Origin: an uncultured Spirochaetota bacterium
Lineage (GTDB): Bacteria; Spirochaetota; Spirochaetia; SZUA-6; Fen-1364
DNA length: 64,000 nucleotides
NCBI GenBank assembly: GCA_963820525.1
Contig: CAWGAA010000001.1
Span: 2,112,001 to 2,176,000 of the forward strand
Reading direction: 5' to 3'
The notes below the pieces were generated by a model. That model was not told the DNA's origin. It saw only the letters and a list, made by a program, of their open reading frames with translations, and did no database searches. Every line of letters starts with the position of its first letter. Within the stretch, counting starts at the first letter, position 1. The translations under genes and the position numbers were made by a program. Positions 40,776 to 49,881 of this stretch are shown piece by piece.

Positions 40776-42005
40776 GCGACAGGGACAGGATCGTTACAGT
40801 CCCCATCGGGCCCCAGCATCCGGCGCTCAAGGAGCCGGAGAGCTTCATGGTGGACCTTCGGGGAGAGAAGATCGACGCGGTGCGTATGAAGATCGGCTAC
40901 AACCACCGCGGCATCGAGAAGGGCTGCGAGAGCCGCTCCTACACTCAGGACCTCTACCTGGTGGAGCGCATCTGCGGAATCTGCTCCTACGCCCACTCCA
41001 CGGCGTTCGTCCAGGCCGTGGAGGAGATCGCGGGCCTCGAGGTCCCGCGCAGAGCTCGCTTCATCAGGCACCCTGATCGCGGAGCTGGAGCGGATCCACA
41101 GCCATCTGTTGTGGCTGGGGGTGGCGGGGCACGAGATCGGCTTCGACACTCTGCTCATGTACACGTGGCGGGACCGCGAGCAGGTGATGATCCTCCTGGC
41201 CCAGCTCACCGGCAACAGGGTCAACTATGGAATGAACACGTTTGGCGGAGTCAGGCGCGACATCACCCCGGAGCAGATCCCCGAGATCCTTCGGGTGGTG
41301 GACCTGCTGGAAGAGCGCACGAAATACTACATCGAGCTTGCCCAGAGCGAGGAGACCGTGATCCGGCGTCTGTCCGGCGTCGGGAAACTGAGCAGGGACG
41401 ATTGTCTCAGGCTGGGCGCCGTCGGGCCTACGGCCCGCGCGTCGGGAGTGGACCGCGATACGCGGCGGGACGATCCGTACGCGGCGTACTCCGAGGTCTC
41501 TTTCAAGGTGATCACGGACACCCACTGCGACGTGTACGGAAGGACCGTCGTGCGCCTCGGCGAGCTCATGGAGTCCTACTCCATCATCCGGCAGCTGGCC
41601 AAGAACCTTCCCGAGGGGCCCATTGCGGTCAAGGCTCCCCGCCGAATCCCGGCCGGGGAGGCGGTGAGCCGCTACGAAGCGCCGCGGGGAGAAGACTTCC
41701 ACTACGTGCGGGGAAACGGCTCCGAGAAGCCGGAGAGGGTCAAGGTGCGGGCGCCCACCCTTGCCAACACCCAGGCGGTGGCCAAGATGCTGGAGGACGG
41801 CTATCTGGCAGACCTCCCCATCGTCATTGCGGCCATCGATCCCTGTTTCTCCTGCACGGACAGGATGGTTGCAGTCAGGGATCGCTCGAAGCGGGAATCC
41901 CGGAGCCTCACGTGGGGAGAGATCTCCCGCTACGGCGTGGACTGGTATCGCGCGCGCGGCATCGACTTTTCGAAGGTTTCCATCCCGGGAGGGCCACGGG
42001 CATGA
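40772..42005 (+). CDS. Group 4 [NiFe]-hydrogenase large subunit, with a +1 frameshift near 41069
   Basis: GPQHP, HRGIEK, L1 ERICGICSYAH. After removing one base: FIRTLIAELERIHSHL ... EAPRGE ... L2 DPCFSCTDR plus a C-terminal extension. Confidence 0.92.
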
Positions 42006-42943
42006 ACGCGCTCCTCGCGCTCTTCAACATCCTGATCTTCCCCGGGCTTCTCTTTCTCCTCGTCCTCGGCCTGGCGGGCCAATGGGTGGACAGGAAGCTG
42101 TACGCCCGCCTTCAAAACAGGGTGGGCCCCCCGTGGTTCCAGCCCGTGGCCGACCTGTTCAAGCTCCTGGGAAAGGAGGAGGTGATCCCCGTGGAGGCGG
42201 ACCGGCGGATGTTCATCCTCGCCCCCGTGTTCGCCCTGGCCGCGGTGATAGCCGCTTTCCTCTATATCCCGCTGTGGAGCGTGAATCCCCTGTTTTCCTT
42301 CAATGGGGACCTGATCGTTGTGTTGTACCTGCTTCTCATCCCCACCCTCACCTTCTTTCTGGGCGGCTGGTACTCGCGGTCGATCTTCTCCACCCTGGGG
42401 GCCATCCGCTCCATCACGGTGCTCTTCGCCTACGAGATCCCCCTGCTCATCGCGCTTCTCTCTCCCGCCCTGCTCGCCGGCACGTGGTCGATCTCGGGAA
42501 TGGCGAGCTACTACGCCGCCCGTCCCTGGAACTGGACCTTCAACCTCCTTGGATTCGGCGTCGCGCTCATCACGCTCCTGGGGAAGCTGGAGAAGGTGCC
42601 CTTCGACATCCCCGAAGCGGAGACCGAGATCGTGGCGGGAAGCTTCACCGAGTACAGCGGACGCCACCTCGCCTTCTTCAGAATGGCCATCGACTGCGAG
42701 GCCATCGTTTCCTCGTCCCTGGTAGCCGCGGTGTTCCTCCCCTTCGGCTTTGGCTTTGCGCCCTGGCTCTCGGTGCCCATCTATCTGGCGAAGGTGCTCG
42801 GCATCCTGGGGGTGCTTTCGATCTTGAGGACGGTATTCGCGCGGCTTCGCCTGGATCAAATGATCGATTTCTGCTGGAGGTACGTGGCTCCGATCGCGTT
42901 CCTGCAGGTCGTGATCGACCTCGTCCTGAAGGAGTTCGTCTGA
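42002..42943 (+). CDS. NuoH-like membrane subunit
   Basis: DRK..AR.QNRVGP, AD..KL..KE, PFD.PEAE.E..AG..TEYSG. Confidence 0.93.
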   Translation: MNALLALFNILIFPGLLFLLVLGLAGQWVDRKLYARLQNRVGPPWFQPVADLFKLLGKEEVIPVEADRRMFILAPVFALAAVIAAFLYIPLWSVNPLFSFNGDLIVVLYLLLIPTLTFFLGGWYSRSIFSTLGAIRSITVLFAYEIPLLIALLSPALLAGTWSISGMASYYAARPWNWTFNLLGFGVALITLLGKLEKVPFDIPEAETEIVAGSFTEYSGRHLAFFRMAIDCEAIVSSSLVAAVFLPFGFGFAPWLSVPIYLAKVLGILGVLSILRTVFARLRLDQMIDFCWRYVAPIAFLQVVIDLVLKEFV

Positions 42944-42944
42944 C

Positions 42945-43352
42945 ATGAAGAAAAACCCATTTCGCAGGCCAGGAATGATGATCGAGAGCGTGCTCGCATC
43001 CCTGTTCCGAAGGCCCGCGACGATTCGCTACCCCTTCGAGAAGTTCACGATGCCCAAGGGCTTCCGGGGCATGCCCAAGTTCCGCTCGCAGTTGTGCACC
43101 GGCTGCCGGCTGTGCATCCGGGACTGCCCATCCCAGGCCATCACCATCACTAAAGTTGGGGAAAAGCGCTTCGAGGCCTCGATAGATCTGGGCAAGTGCG
43201 TGTACTGCGCCCAATGCGCCGAAACCTGCCCCCGGAAGGTGATCGAGATCACAACGGAGTTCGAGCTTGCCTCACTCGAGCGCGGCGTTTTAAAGGTAAC
43301 CTTCCATGGAGAGCCGAGCGCCCCTCAGGCGTGCCCTGACCCGGAGGCTTGA
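42945..43352 (+). CDS. NuoI-like 2x[4Fe-4S] ferredoxin subunit
   Basis: T.RYPFE, FRG, CTGCRLC...CP, CVYCAQC...CP. Confidence 0.93.
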   Translation: MKKNPFRRPGMMIESVLASLFRRPATIRYPFEKFTMPKGFRGMPKFRSQLCTGCRLCIRDCPSQAITITKVGEKRFEASIDLGKCVYCAQCAETCPRKVIEITTEFELASLERGVLKVTFHGEPSAPQACPDPEA

Positions 43353-43848
43353 GGCCTCGAGGCCGGACCAACGCGGAGACGGCGCCTCCCAGCCCCCGCG
43401 CGGCAAGGCCGTGCCCCTTGTCGTGCTGGGGGTGGGAAGCGAGCTTCGCGGGGACGATGCCGCCGGCATCCGTGTCGCTTCCGCCCTGGCCCGGCGCCGC
43501 CTTCGGGGCGTTCGCTGCCTTGCGGGCGGAACGGCACCGGAAAACCTCACGGCGGAGATCAAGCGCCTTTCCCCCTCCCACCTCCTCATCGTGGACGCAG
43601 CCGACATGGGCAGGCCCGCGGGAAGCGTCGCTCTGATCGAGCCGGAAGAAGCGGGGGGCACCGCGTTCGGGACGCATGCGATGCCCTTAAGCGTTCTCGC
43701 AGGCTATCTCCGCCGGGAGACGGGCTGCCGCGTGACGCTGATCGGGATCCAACCCGGCTCCCTCGAGCTTGGAGCCGCCCTGTCTCCCGAGGTGGGCGAT
43801 GCCGTGGAGCAAACCGTGGAGCTGATCGCGGAGTGCCTGAGAGCCTGA
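43306..43848 (+). CDS. Hydrogenase maturation endopeptidase (HycI-like)
   Basis: LGVGSELRGDDAAG, GT.PEN, IVDAAD, TH.MP, IGIQP. Start uncertain. Confidence 0.9.
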   Translation: MESRAPLRRALTRRLEASRPDQRGDGASQPPRGKAVPLVVLGVGSELRGDDAAGIRVASALARRRLRGVRCLAGGTAPENLTAEIKRLSPSHLLIVDAADMGRPAGSVALIEPEEAGGTAFGTHAMPLSVLAGYLRRETGCRVTLIGIQPGSLELGAALSPEVGDAVEQTVELIAECLRA

Positions 43849-43933
43849 CGCCGCGATCGCTTCGCAGCCCGCTTCCAGTGGCCGCCGGAGCGGGACATAA
43901 GTAAATTTCAATCGAGGAAAAATCGCGCGGGCC

Positions 43934-44173
43934 ATGAAACACGCGATCACCATTATTTCCTGGCTCCAAATCCTGGGCATGATCGGCTGCATGGTCCTCG
44001 TGGGAGCGACGCTTTCAGCGGCACGTGCCTATCGGGGCAGATCGGGTGAGCGCTACTCTCCCCCGAACCACTTCATCTCGGTGCCGAAGGCGCTCACCAT
44101 CGCGGGTATCGTGTTCGCTTCGACGATTCTGTGGTGTTTCAGCCTGGGGCTGTCGGTTCTGAGGGCGCTCTGA
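43934..44173 (+). CDS. Small two-TM hypothetical protein
   Basis: 79 aa with two hydrophobic helices; fills the gap exactly up to the convergent gene. Confidence 0.45.
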   Translation: MKHAITIISWLQILGMIGCMVLVGATLSAARAYRGRSGERYSPPNHFISVPKALTIAGIVFASTILWCFSLGLSVLRAL

Positions 44174-45331
44174 TCAGAGGGGGATGTCCTTCTCGTAGAC
44201 CCGGTAGGTCTTCACGGGGGTGAGCTCCAGCTTCTCCAGCGCATTCCTGATCTTGAAGTTGTCTTCGAGGATGTAGTTGGCTTCCAGCCGTGTGATCCGG
44301 GACTGGAGGGCCCGGCAGATGGACGTGTAGAGAAGGACATCGAGGCCCTTGTTGTGGTATTCGGGAAGCACGGCGAGGCCGAAAAGCCTGTAGTCCTTCA
44401 CCCTCTTGATCCCGAAGAGGATGTGGATGAAGCCAAAGGGGAAGAGTCTCCCCCGCGATTTTCTGAGCGCCACGTTGAGATCGGGAAAGCCGAGGGCGTA
44501 TCCCACCGGCTTTCCCCCGTCTTCGACGAACCAGACCGCGTCGGGGTCCGCGATCGGCTTCAGCCGCTTCAACATGTCGAGAAGCTCGCCCCGGTCCAGC
44601 GGAACGTATCCCCAGTTGTCCTTGAGGGCGAGGTTTGAAATGCTCCAGATGGCTTCCGCTTCCCGCTCGAGGTTCTTCAGGGAGAGGGGACGCGCGCGGA
44701 TGCCTGGACGGCTCTCCAGGAGTTTGTCCGTAAAATCAGAGAATCTGCGGGGCAGAATGTAGCCGCGGTCCGTGCTCGCCTCATAGGCCAGGAGGTCCTT
44801 CGCCTTGCCGTAACCGAGGCCGTCCATGAAGTCGTTGTAATAGGGCGGGTTGTAAGGCGCCATGAAAACGGGGGGCGTTTCGAAGCCCGAAAGAAGGAAG
44901 CCCCAGCTCTCCGCCACGGGATGGATGGGACCGCGCACCCGGTCCATGCCCCGCGACGCGAGCCACCGGACGGCGGCCTCGTCGAGCGCCTTGGCGGCGG
45001 AGAAGTCCCGCGTGCACTCGAATGCGCCGAAGAATCCGGTCCGCGTCCCGTAGAACGCGTTGAAGTTTCGATCCACGTACGCGAGGCTCCGCCCAACGAT
45101 ATCACCGTCATTTTCAGCCAGGAGCAGGGTGTACTCGGAATGAGCCAGGACGGCGTTCCTCCGCGCCGTATACGCGCCCCGTTCGTCGGCCCAGAGGGGA
45201 GGGGCCCAGCATGGGTCTCCGCTGTAGAGAGCGCTGGGGAAGAACACGAACTTTCGCATGTCTGAAGCCGAATGCACCTCGCGCACGCGCATGGTTCCCT
45301 GCATGATGCGGACTATAGCCCGAGATTCCAC
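44174..45331 (-). CDS. Double-GNAT-like N-acetyltransferase family protein
   Basis: F..FP..LY..DP.W.PPL, GFFGAFEC, YNPPYY, NWGYVP, AVLPEY..KG. True start may be 45292 or 45304. Confidence 0.75.
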   Translation of the reverse strand: MESRAIVRIMQGTMRVREVHSASDMRKFVFFPSALYSGDPCWAPPLWADERGAYTARRNAVLAHSEYTLLLAENDGDIVGRSLAYVDRNFNAFYGTRTGFFGAFECTRDFSAAKALDEAAVRWLASRGMDRVRGPIHPVAESWGFLLSGFETPPVFMAPYNPPYYNDFMDGLGYGKAKDLLAYEASTDRGYILPRRFSDFTDKLLESRPGIRARPLSLKNLEREAEAIWSISNLALKDNWGYVPLDRGELLDMLKRLKPIADPDAVWFVEDGGKPVGYALGFPDLNVALRKSRGRLFPFGFIHILFGIKRVKDYRLFGLAVLPEYHNKGLDVLLYTSICRALQSRITRLEANYILEDNFKIRNALEKLELTPVKTYRVYEKDIPL

Positions 45332-45464
45332 GGCGGAACAAGTGAGAGTCGCGTCCTGCCGCGCGAAGGCCCGCCGTGCCGAAGGCCGCGGCGGCTCCAG
45401 GCTGGGGCGGCTGAGGTGGCGCGAGGGCCCTTTCTTCTCGGCGAGATGGGAAAGCGGGCGTCCC

Positions 45465-45743
45465 TCAGCGAAGCTCGAACAACACCGCCTCTCCTCCTAT
45501 GGCGGAGATCACGGCCGGCTCCCGCCCGATTGGAAACTCTGCGCTCTGCCCGGCCTCAAGAACTATATCGAGTCCGTTTGCGCTTATCCATGCCGTTCCC
45601 GAAAGCACCCGCACGCTCCTTCTGGGAAGCGCGATGCTCAGGGCTTCAGATCGATACAGCACGAGGCGGAACGCGCGCTGCCGGACGCTCGGCGCGTCTC
45701 TCTCGGCGTTTCGAAGAAAAAGGGCCATTTCGGCTGTGCTCAT
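45465..45743 (-). CDS. DUF2917-like small beta-strand (cupin-like) protein
   Basis: VRVLSGTAWIS..G.DIVL.AGQ pattern. Confidence 0.7.
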   Translation of the reverse strand: MSTAEMALFLRNAERDAPSVRQRAFRLVLYRSEALSIALPRRSVRVLSGTAWISANGLDIVLEAGQSAEFPIGREPAVISAIGGEAVLFELR

Positions 45744-45765
45744 TTTCGCTCCCCCGCTTTCACGC

Positions 45766-46248
45766 TCAATCGTCCACGTCCTGTGCCGGCTCCACGCGCG
45801 GGGACTCCTTTCGCGTGGAAAGCACGATGTTCGTGACCGACCTGACGCTCCTCGTTGACCTTTGAATCCTTGCCATCAGCTGCTCCAATTGCTTCGGGCC
45901 GACGGCTCGCACCTTCAAGACGTAGCAGTCCTCTCCGGCCACGTGGTGGCACTCCAGGATGTCCGGCTCGTCGGCGAGGAGCGCCGTCACGCCCGACTTC
46001 CTCGCCTCCGGGCTCCCCACGGGGCCTGGCTGGACGGTAAGCCTGATGAACGCGAGGAGAGGCTTTCCCAGCTTCTCCGGGTCCACGGTCGCCACATAGC
46101 CCGTGATGATCCCTTTCTTCTCCAGCTTTTTCACCCGCTCGTGCACCGAAGAGGCGGTGAGCCCGACCTTCTGGGCTATCTCTGCGTTGGATAGCCGGGC
46201 ATTGCCCTGCAGGAGCCCGATGATCTTTCTGTCAATCACCTCTATCAT
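45766..46248 (-). CDS. Lrp/AsnC family transcriptional regulator
   Basis: DRKII..LQ.NAR.S.AEIA..VGL...SVHERVKKLE..GII.GY; ECHHVAGEDCY. Confidence 0.95.
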   Translation of the reverse strand: MIEVIDRKIIGLLQGNARLSNAEIAQKVGLTASSVHERVKKLEKKGIITGYVATVDPEKLGKPLLAFIRLTVQPGPVGSPEARKSGVTALLADEPDILECHHVAGEDCYVLKVRAVGPKQLEQLMARIQRSTRSVRSVTNIVLSTRKESPRVEPAQDVDD

Positions 46249-46542
46249 GCGAATAATATACAGGCAAATCAGAAGAAAGGCAAATTTCATTCGGCAAATA
46301 TTCCTTTTTGCCGAATATTATTCGTAGCCGCTCTTTTCCGCCATGGCCCGCCGTCGGCACAGCGGCGTTTTTCTCGCTCCGCTCGAAAAGCCGCCGCAGG
46401 GCTCCGAAGCCCCCACGCGATCTTTGTCCGCTCCACGGTCCAAAAGAGCCTGAAAAAGCTGCGGCGAACAACCCGATTCTTGCTCTCCGCTCGAGAGCTT
46501 CGGCTTGTCTTTGGCCCCGGTTGTAAGCTACACTCGGCAGCT

Positions 46543-47091
46543 ATGAGAAAGCTCATCCAGCAGTATGCAAAGGACCTGACGGCGGGGAGGCTCGCCTCGG
46601 GCTTCGACCACTCATTCCGCGTCTACCATTTCACCCGCACAATCGGCGAGGGCATGGATTACGACGACGAGGTGCTGCACGCCGCCTGCTTCCTCCACGA
46701 CGTGGAGATGTCGGTGGGGCATCCCAAGAGCTCGGCCGACAAGGCCGAGGCCATCCTCCACGAGACGGGCTTCACGCCGGACAAGATCCCGCTGGTGATC
46801 GACGCCATCCTCAACCACATGCCCGACGGAAAGCCTGTTTCCACGGAAGCCAAGCTGCTGTTCGACGCGAACCTCCTGGACTCCCTGGGCGCGGTGGGCT
46901 TCGCCCGCCTCACCATCGGGGCGTTCATCTGGTACCACTACAAGACGATGCAGGAGGTCCTTACCTACGTAAAGCGGGAGCTCTCCTTCACCGAGCGGCT
47001 GCACTTCGACAAGAGCAGGCAGATCGCGGCGGAAAAGATCGCCTTCACCAAGTCCGCGGCGGAGCGCTTCGAGCGGGAGCTCGCCCTGTAG
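46543..47091 (+). CDS. HD-domain protein
   Basis: HS.RV, ACFLHD, H...SA, I.NH, LFDA..LD.LGA.G.AR. Confidence 0.85.
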   Translation: MRKLIQQYAKDLTAGRLASGFDHSFRVYHFTRTIGEGMDYDDEVLHAACFLHDVEMSVGHPKSSADKAEAILHETGFTPDKIPLVIDAILNHMPDGKPVSTEAKLLFDANLLDSLGAVGFARLTIGAFIWYHYKTMQEVLTYVKRELSFTERLHFDKSRQIAAEKIAFTKSAAERFERELAL

Positions 47092-47103
47092 AGGCGAGGC
47101 CCC

Positions 47104-48321
47104 ATGACGCCGCTCTCACGCCGGCTCTTCGCCGAAGGCCACCTCATCGATTCGGGCATCATCACCCGCATCCTCAACGCCATCGTGGACGCGGGCGCCG
47201 ATTACAGGGTCGTCTCCTTCACCATGGGGAAGAGCCGAGCGGACTCATCACACCTCGAGCTGGAGCTTCGGGCCGGCACTCCCGAGACGCTGGAATCCCT
47301 TACAGGACATCTGGTCAACCTCGGCTGTTTCGAGAGAAACGCCGCCGAGGCGAAGCTCTCCCCGGCGCCGGCCCGCTCCTGCGTGCCGGAGGATTTCTAC
47401 GCCACCACAAACCGCCGCACCCAGGTCTTCCTCGCGGGAGCGTGGCGGGACGTGGCGAATCTCCGCATGGACGGGGTCATCGTGGCCCACGGGACGGACC
47501 TTCGCTGCAAGCTCATCCGCGACGTGGAGGCGGGCGAGCAGGTGGTGTGCACGAGCCGCTCCGTTCGGATCTTCCCCCTGTTCCGCGACCAGGAGAGCGG
47601 GGAGTTCGGCTTCATGGCGAGCGACGTCTCCTCCGAGCGCAGCGTCGCGGTGACCGTGGCCCGCGTGGCGGAGGAGCTCAAGCGCCAGAAGCGCGCGGGG
47701 GGAAAGGTCATCGTTGTCGCCGGGCCCGTGGTCATCCACACGGGAGGCGGACCTGCCCTGGCTTCCCTCATCCGGCAAGGATTCGTTTCGCGGCTCCTGG
47801 CAGGCAATGCCCTTGCCGTCCACGACGTCGAGAGCGCCCTGTTCGGAACTTCCCTGGGAATCGACCTGGAGACGGGCCTGCCTGTCGCCGAGGGACACAG
47901 GAACCACATCCGCGCCATCAATGCAGTTTTTCGCGCCGGCTCCCTCCGCGCCGCCGTGGAGAACGGAACTCTCACGCGCGGCGTCATGTACGAAGCCGTG
48001 AAGGCGGGGGTGCCCTTCATCCTGGCGGGGTCGCTGCGGGACGATGGGCCGCTGCCCGAGACCGAGATGGACATGCTGGCGGCCCAGCGCAGATACATGG
48101 AGGAGGCAAGGGGCGCCACGATGGCGATCATGCTCTCCACCATGCTCCATTCCATCGCGACGGGAAACATGATCCCCGCCTGGGTGAAGACGATCTGCGT
48201 TGACATCAACCCCGCCGTCGTGACAAAACTCTCCGATAGAGGCTCCGGCCAGTCCATCGGTATCGTGACGGACGTGGGGCTGTTCTTGAGGTCTCTGGAA
48301 GAAAAACTCCGCTCGAGGTGA
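47104..48321 (+). CDS. TIGR00300 family protein (ornithine cyclodeaminase-like, LOR/SDH domain)
   Basis: EGHLIDSG, DFYATTN, F.FM.S.VSSER, GP.VIHTG, GNALAVHD, GSLRDDGPLP, TMLHSIA.GN, TKL.DRGS. Confidence 0.88.
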   Translation: MTPLSRRLFAEGHLIDSGIITRILNAIVDAGADYRVVSFTMGKSRADSSHLELELRAGTPETLESLTGHLVNLGCFERNAAEAKLSPAPARSCVPEDFYATTNRRTQVFLAGAWRDVANLRMDGVIVAHGTDLRCKLIRDVEAGEQVVCTSRSVRIFPLFRDQESGEFGFMASDVSSERSVAVTVARVAEELKRQKRAGGKVIVVAGPVVIHTGGGPALASLIRQGFVSRLLAGNALAVHDVESALFGTSLGIDLETGLPVAEGHRNHIRAINAVFRAGSLRAAVENGTLTRGVMYEAVKAGVPFILAGSLRDDGPLPETEMDMLAAQRRYMEEARGATMAIMLSTMLHSIATGNMIPAWVKTICVDINPAVVTKLSDRGSGQSIGIVTDVGLFLRSLEEKLRSR

Positions 48322-49878
48322 CGACTCGCATGGAACAAAACGCGCGCGCTCGGGAGCTCCATCCCCTGGAAATCAAGGTTCTCATCGCCTACGGCGCGGG
48401 AGACGAGCTGACCAACGCCCGGCTCGCCCGGGAGCTGGATTTCAAGGAAGGCCAGGCCAACCAGGCGCTGAGCTGGCTGTCTGCAAAGGGCTTCGTGACG
48501 GAGAGGGGGCGCCGAACCCGGGTGCTCTTCGAGATCACCGAGCTGGGCAGGGAGTGCGTCCAGAAAGGGACACCCGAGGAGAGGATCCTGGACCTCATCG
48601 AGGAAGAAGGCCCCAAAACTCTGCCCGAGATCTCAGGCACGCTGGGCATCGAGGGCAGGGACGTCGGGTCCGCGTTCGGCATCCTGGCCAAGGACGGGGC
48701 GCTCTCCATGGCCGAGGACAAGCGGGTGGCTATTGCAAAAAAAGGGAGGCCGCCGCGGGTCCTGCTGACGCGGGCGCTTCTGGAGCGGGCCATGCAATCG
48801 GGATCTCTCGACGAGGGAGAAGCTCACCAAGGAGGAGGGGGACCTCATCGTCTCCCTGGCCAAGAAGAGGGGCGCCGCATCGAGCCTCTTCCGCCTGGTG
48901 GAGCACGAGGAGGTCACCTACGCGGTCACCCGGGAGGGGGGCGCCGCGCGGGAAGGCCTGAAGAAGGCCGGCGCCACGGGAGAGGAGATCGGGGCCCTCA
49001 CCCCGGAGCTCCTCAAGAACGGGGCCTGGAAGTCCAGGAGCTTCCGGCGGTACAACATCGACGTTCCCCCCTCCCGGGTCCTTACGGGGCGGAAGAACCC
49101 CTACTGCTCGTTTCTCGACAGGCTGAAGGACAAGCTCGCCTCGCTGGGCTTCGAGGAGTTCGATGGGCCGCTGGTGGAGACCGAGTTCTGGAACTGCGAT
49201 GCCCTGTTCATGCCCCAGTTCCATTCCGCCCGCGACATCCACGACGTCTACCATTTGAAAGATCCCACCCACGCGAAGGCGATCGAGCAGCCCTTCCTCG
49301 ACCAGGTGGCGGCGGCGCACGAGAACGGCTGGAAGACGGGAAGCCGCGGCTGGGGGTACCGGTTCGACCGCGATTTCACCCGCAGGCTCATCCTTCGCAG
49401 CCAGGGCACCGTGCTCTCGGCCAAGACCCTGCCCCGCGCCAAGGTGCCGGGCAAGTACTTCGGGGTCGTGCGCTGCTTCCGCTACGACAAGGTGGACGCG
49501 ACGCACCTGTCCGACTTCTATCAGACCGAGGGAATCGTTCTGGGCGAGGAGGTGAACCTCCGCACGCTCCTAGGCCTGCTGAAAATGTTCGCCGAGGAGG
49601 TGGCGCTGGCCAGGGAGGTGAAGTACGTGCCCGGTTTCTTCCCCTTCACCGAGCCTTCCGTGGAGGTGCACATCAAGCATCCAACCCTGGGATGGTTCGA
49701 GCTGGGCGGCTCGGGGATCTTCCGCCCCGAGGTCACCGAGCCCCTGGGGATAAAGGTCCCCGTGCTCGCCTGGGGGATCGGGATCGACAGGATGGCCATG
49801 GTCTCGATGGGGCTCTCCGATATCCGGGACCTCTTCTCCAATACCCTAGAAGAGGTCCGAATGAGGAGGATCAGCTAG
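48318..49878 (+). CDS. pheS: Phenylalanyl-tRNA synthetase alpha subunit, archaeal/eukaryotic type, with a +1 frameshift near 48815
   Basis: Long N-terminal winged-helix region (LHPLE); WNCDALFMPQFHSARD, FRYDKVDATH, FFPFTEPS, GIFRPE, AWGIGIDR. Extra G in GAGGGAG at 48813-48819. Confidence 0.93.
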
Positions 49879-49881
49879 GCC

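Noticed and set aside
34028..43352. NADH:quinone oxidoreductase (nuo) operon
   Set aside because: No NuoEFG; the D-like subunit has both Ni-binding CxxC motifs and a maturation protease follows, so it is a hydrogenase.
48800..48845. Programmed frameshift in pheS
   Set aside because: No canonical slippery heptamer, and similar +1 insertions occur in unrelated genes, which favours sequencing error.
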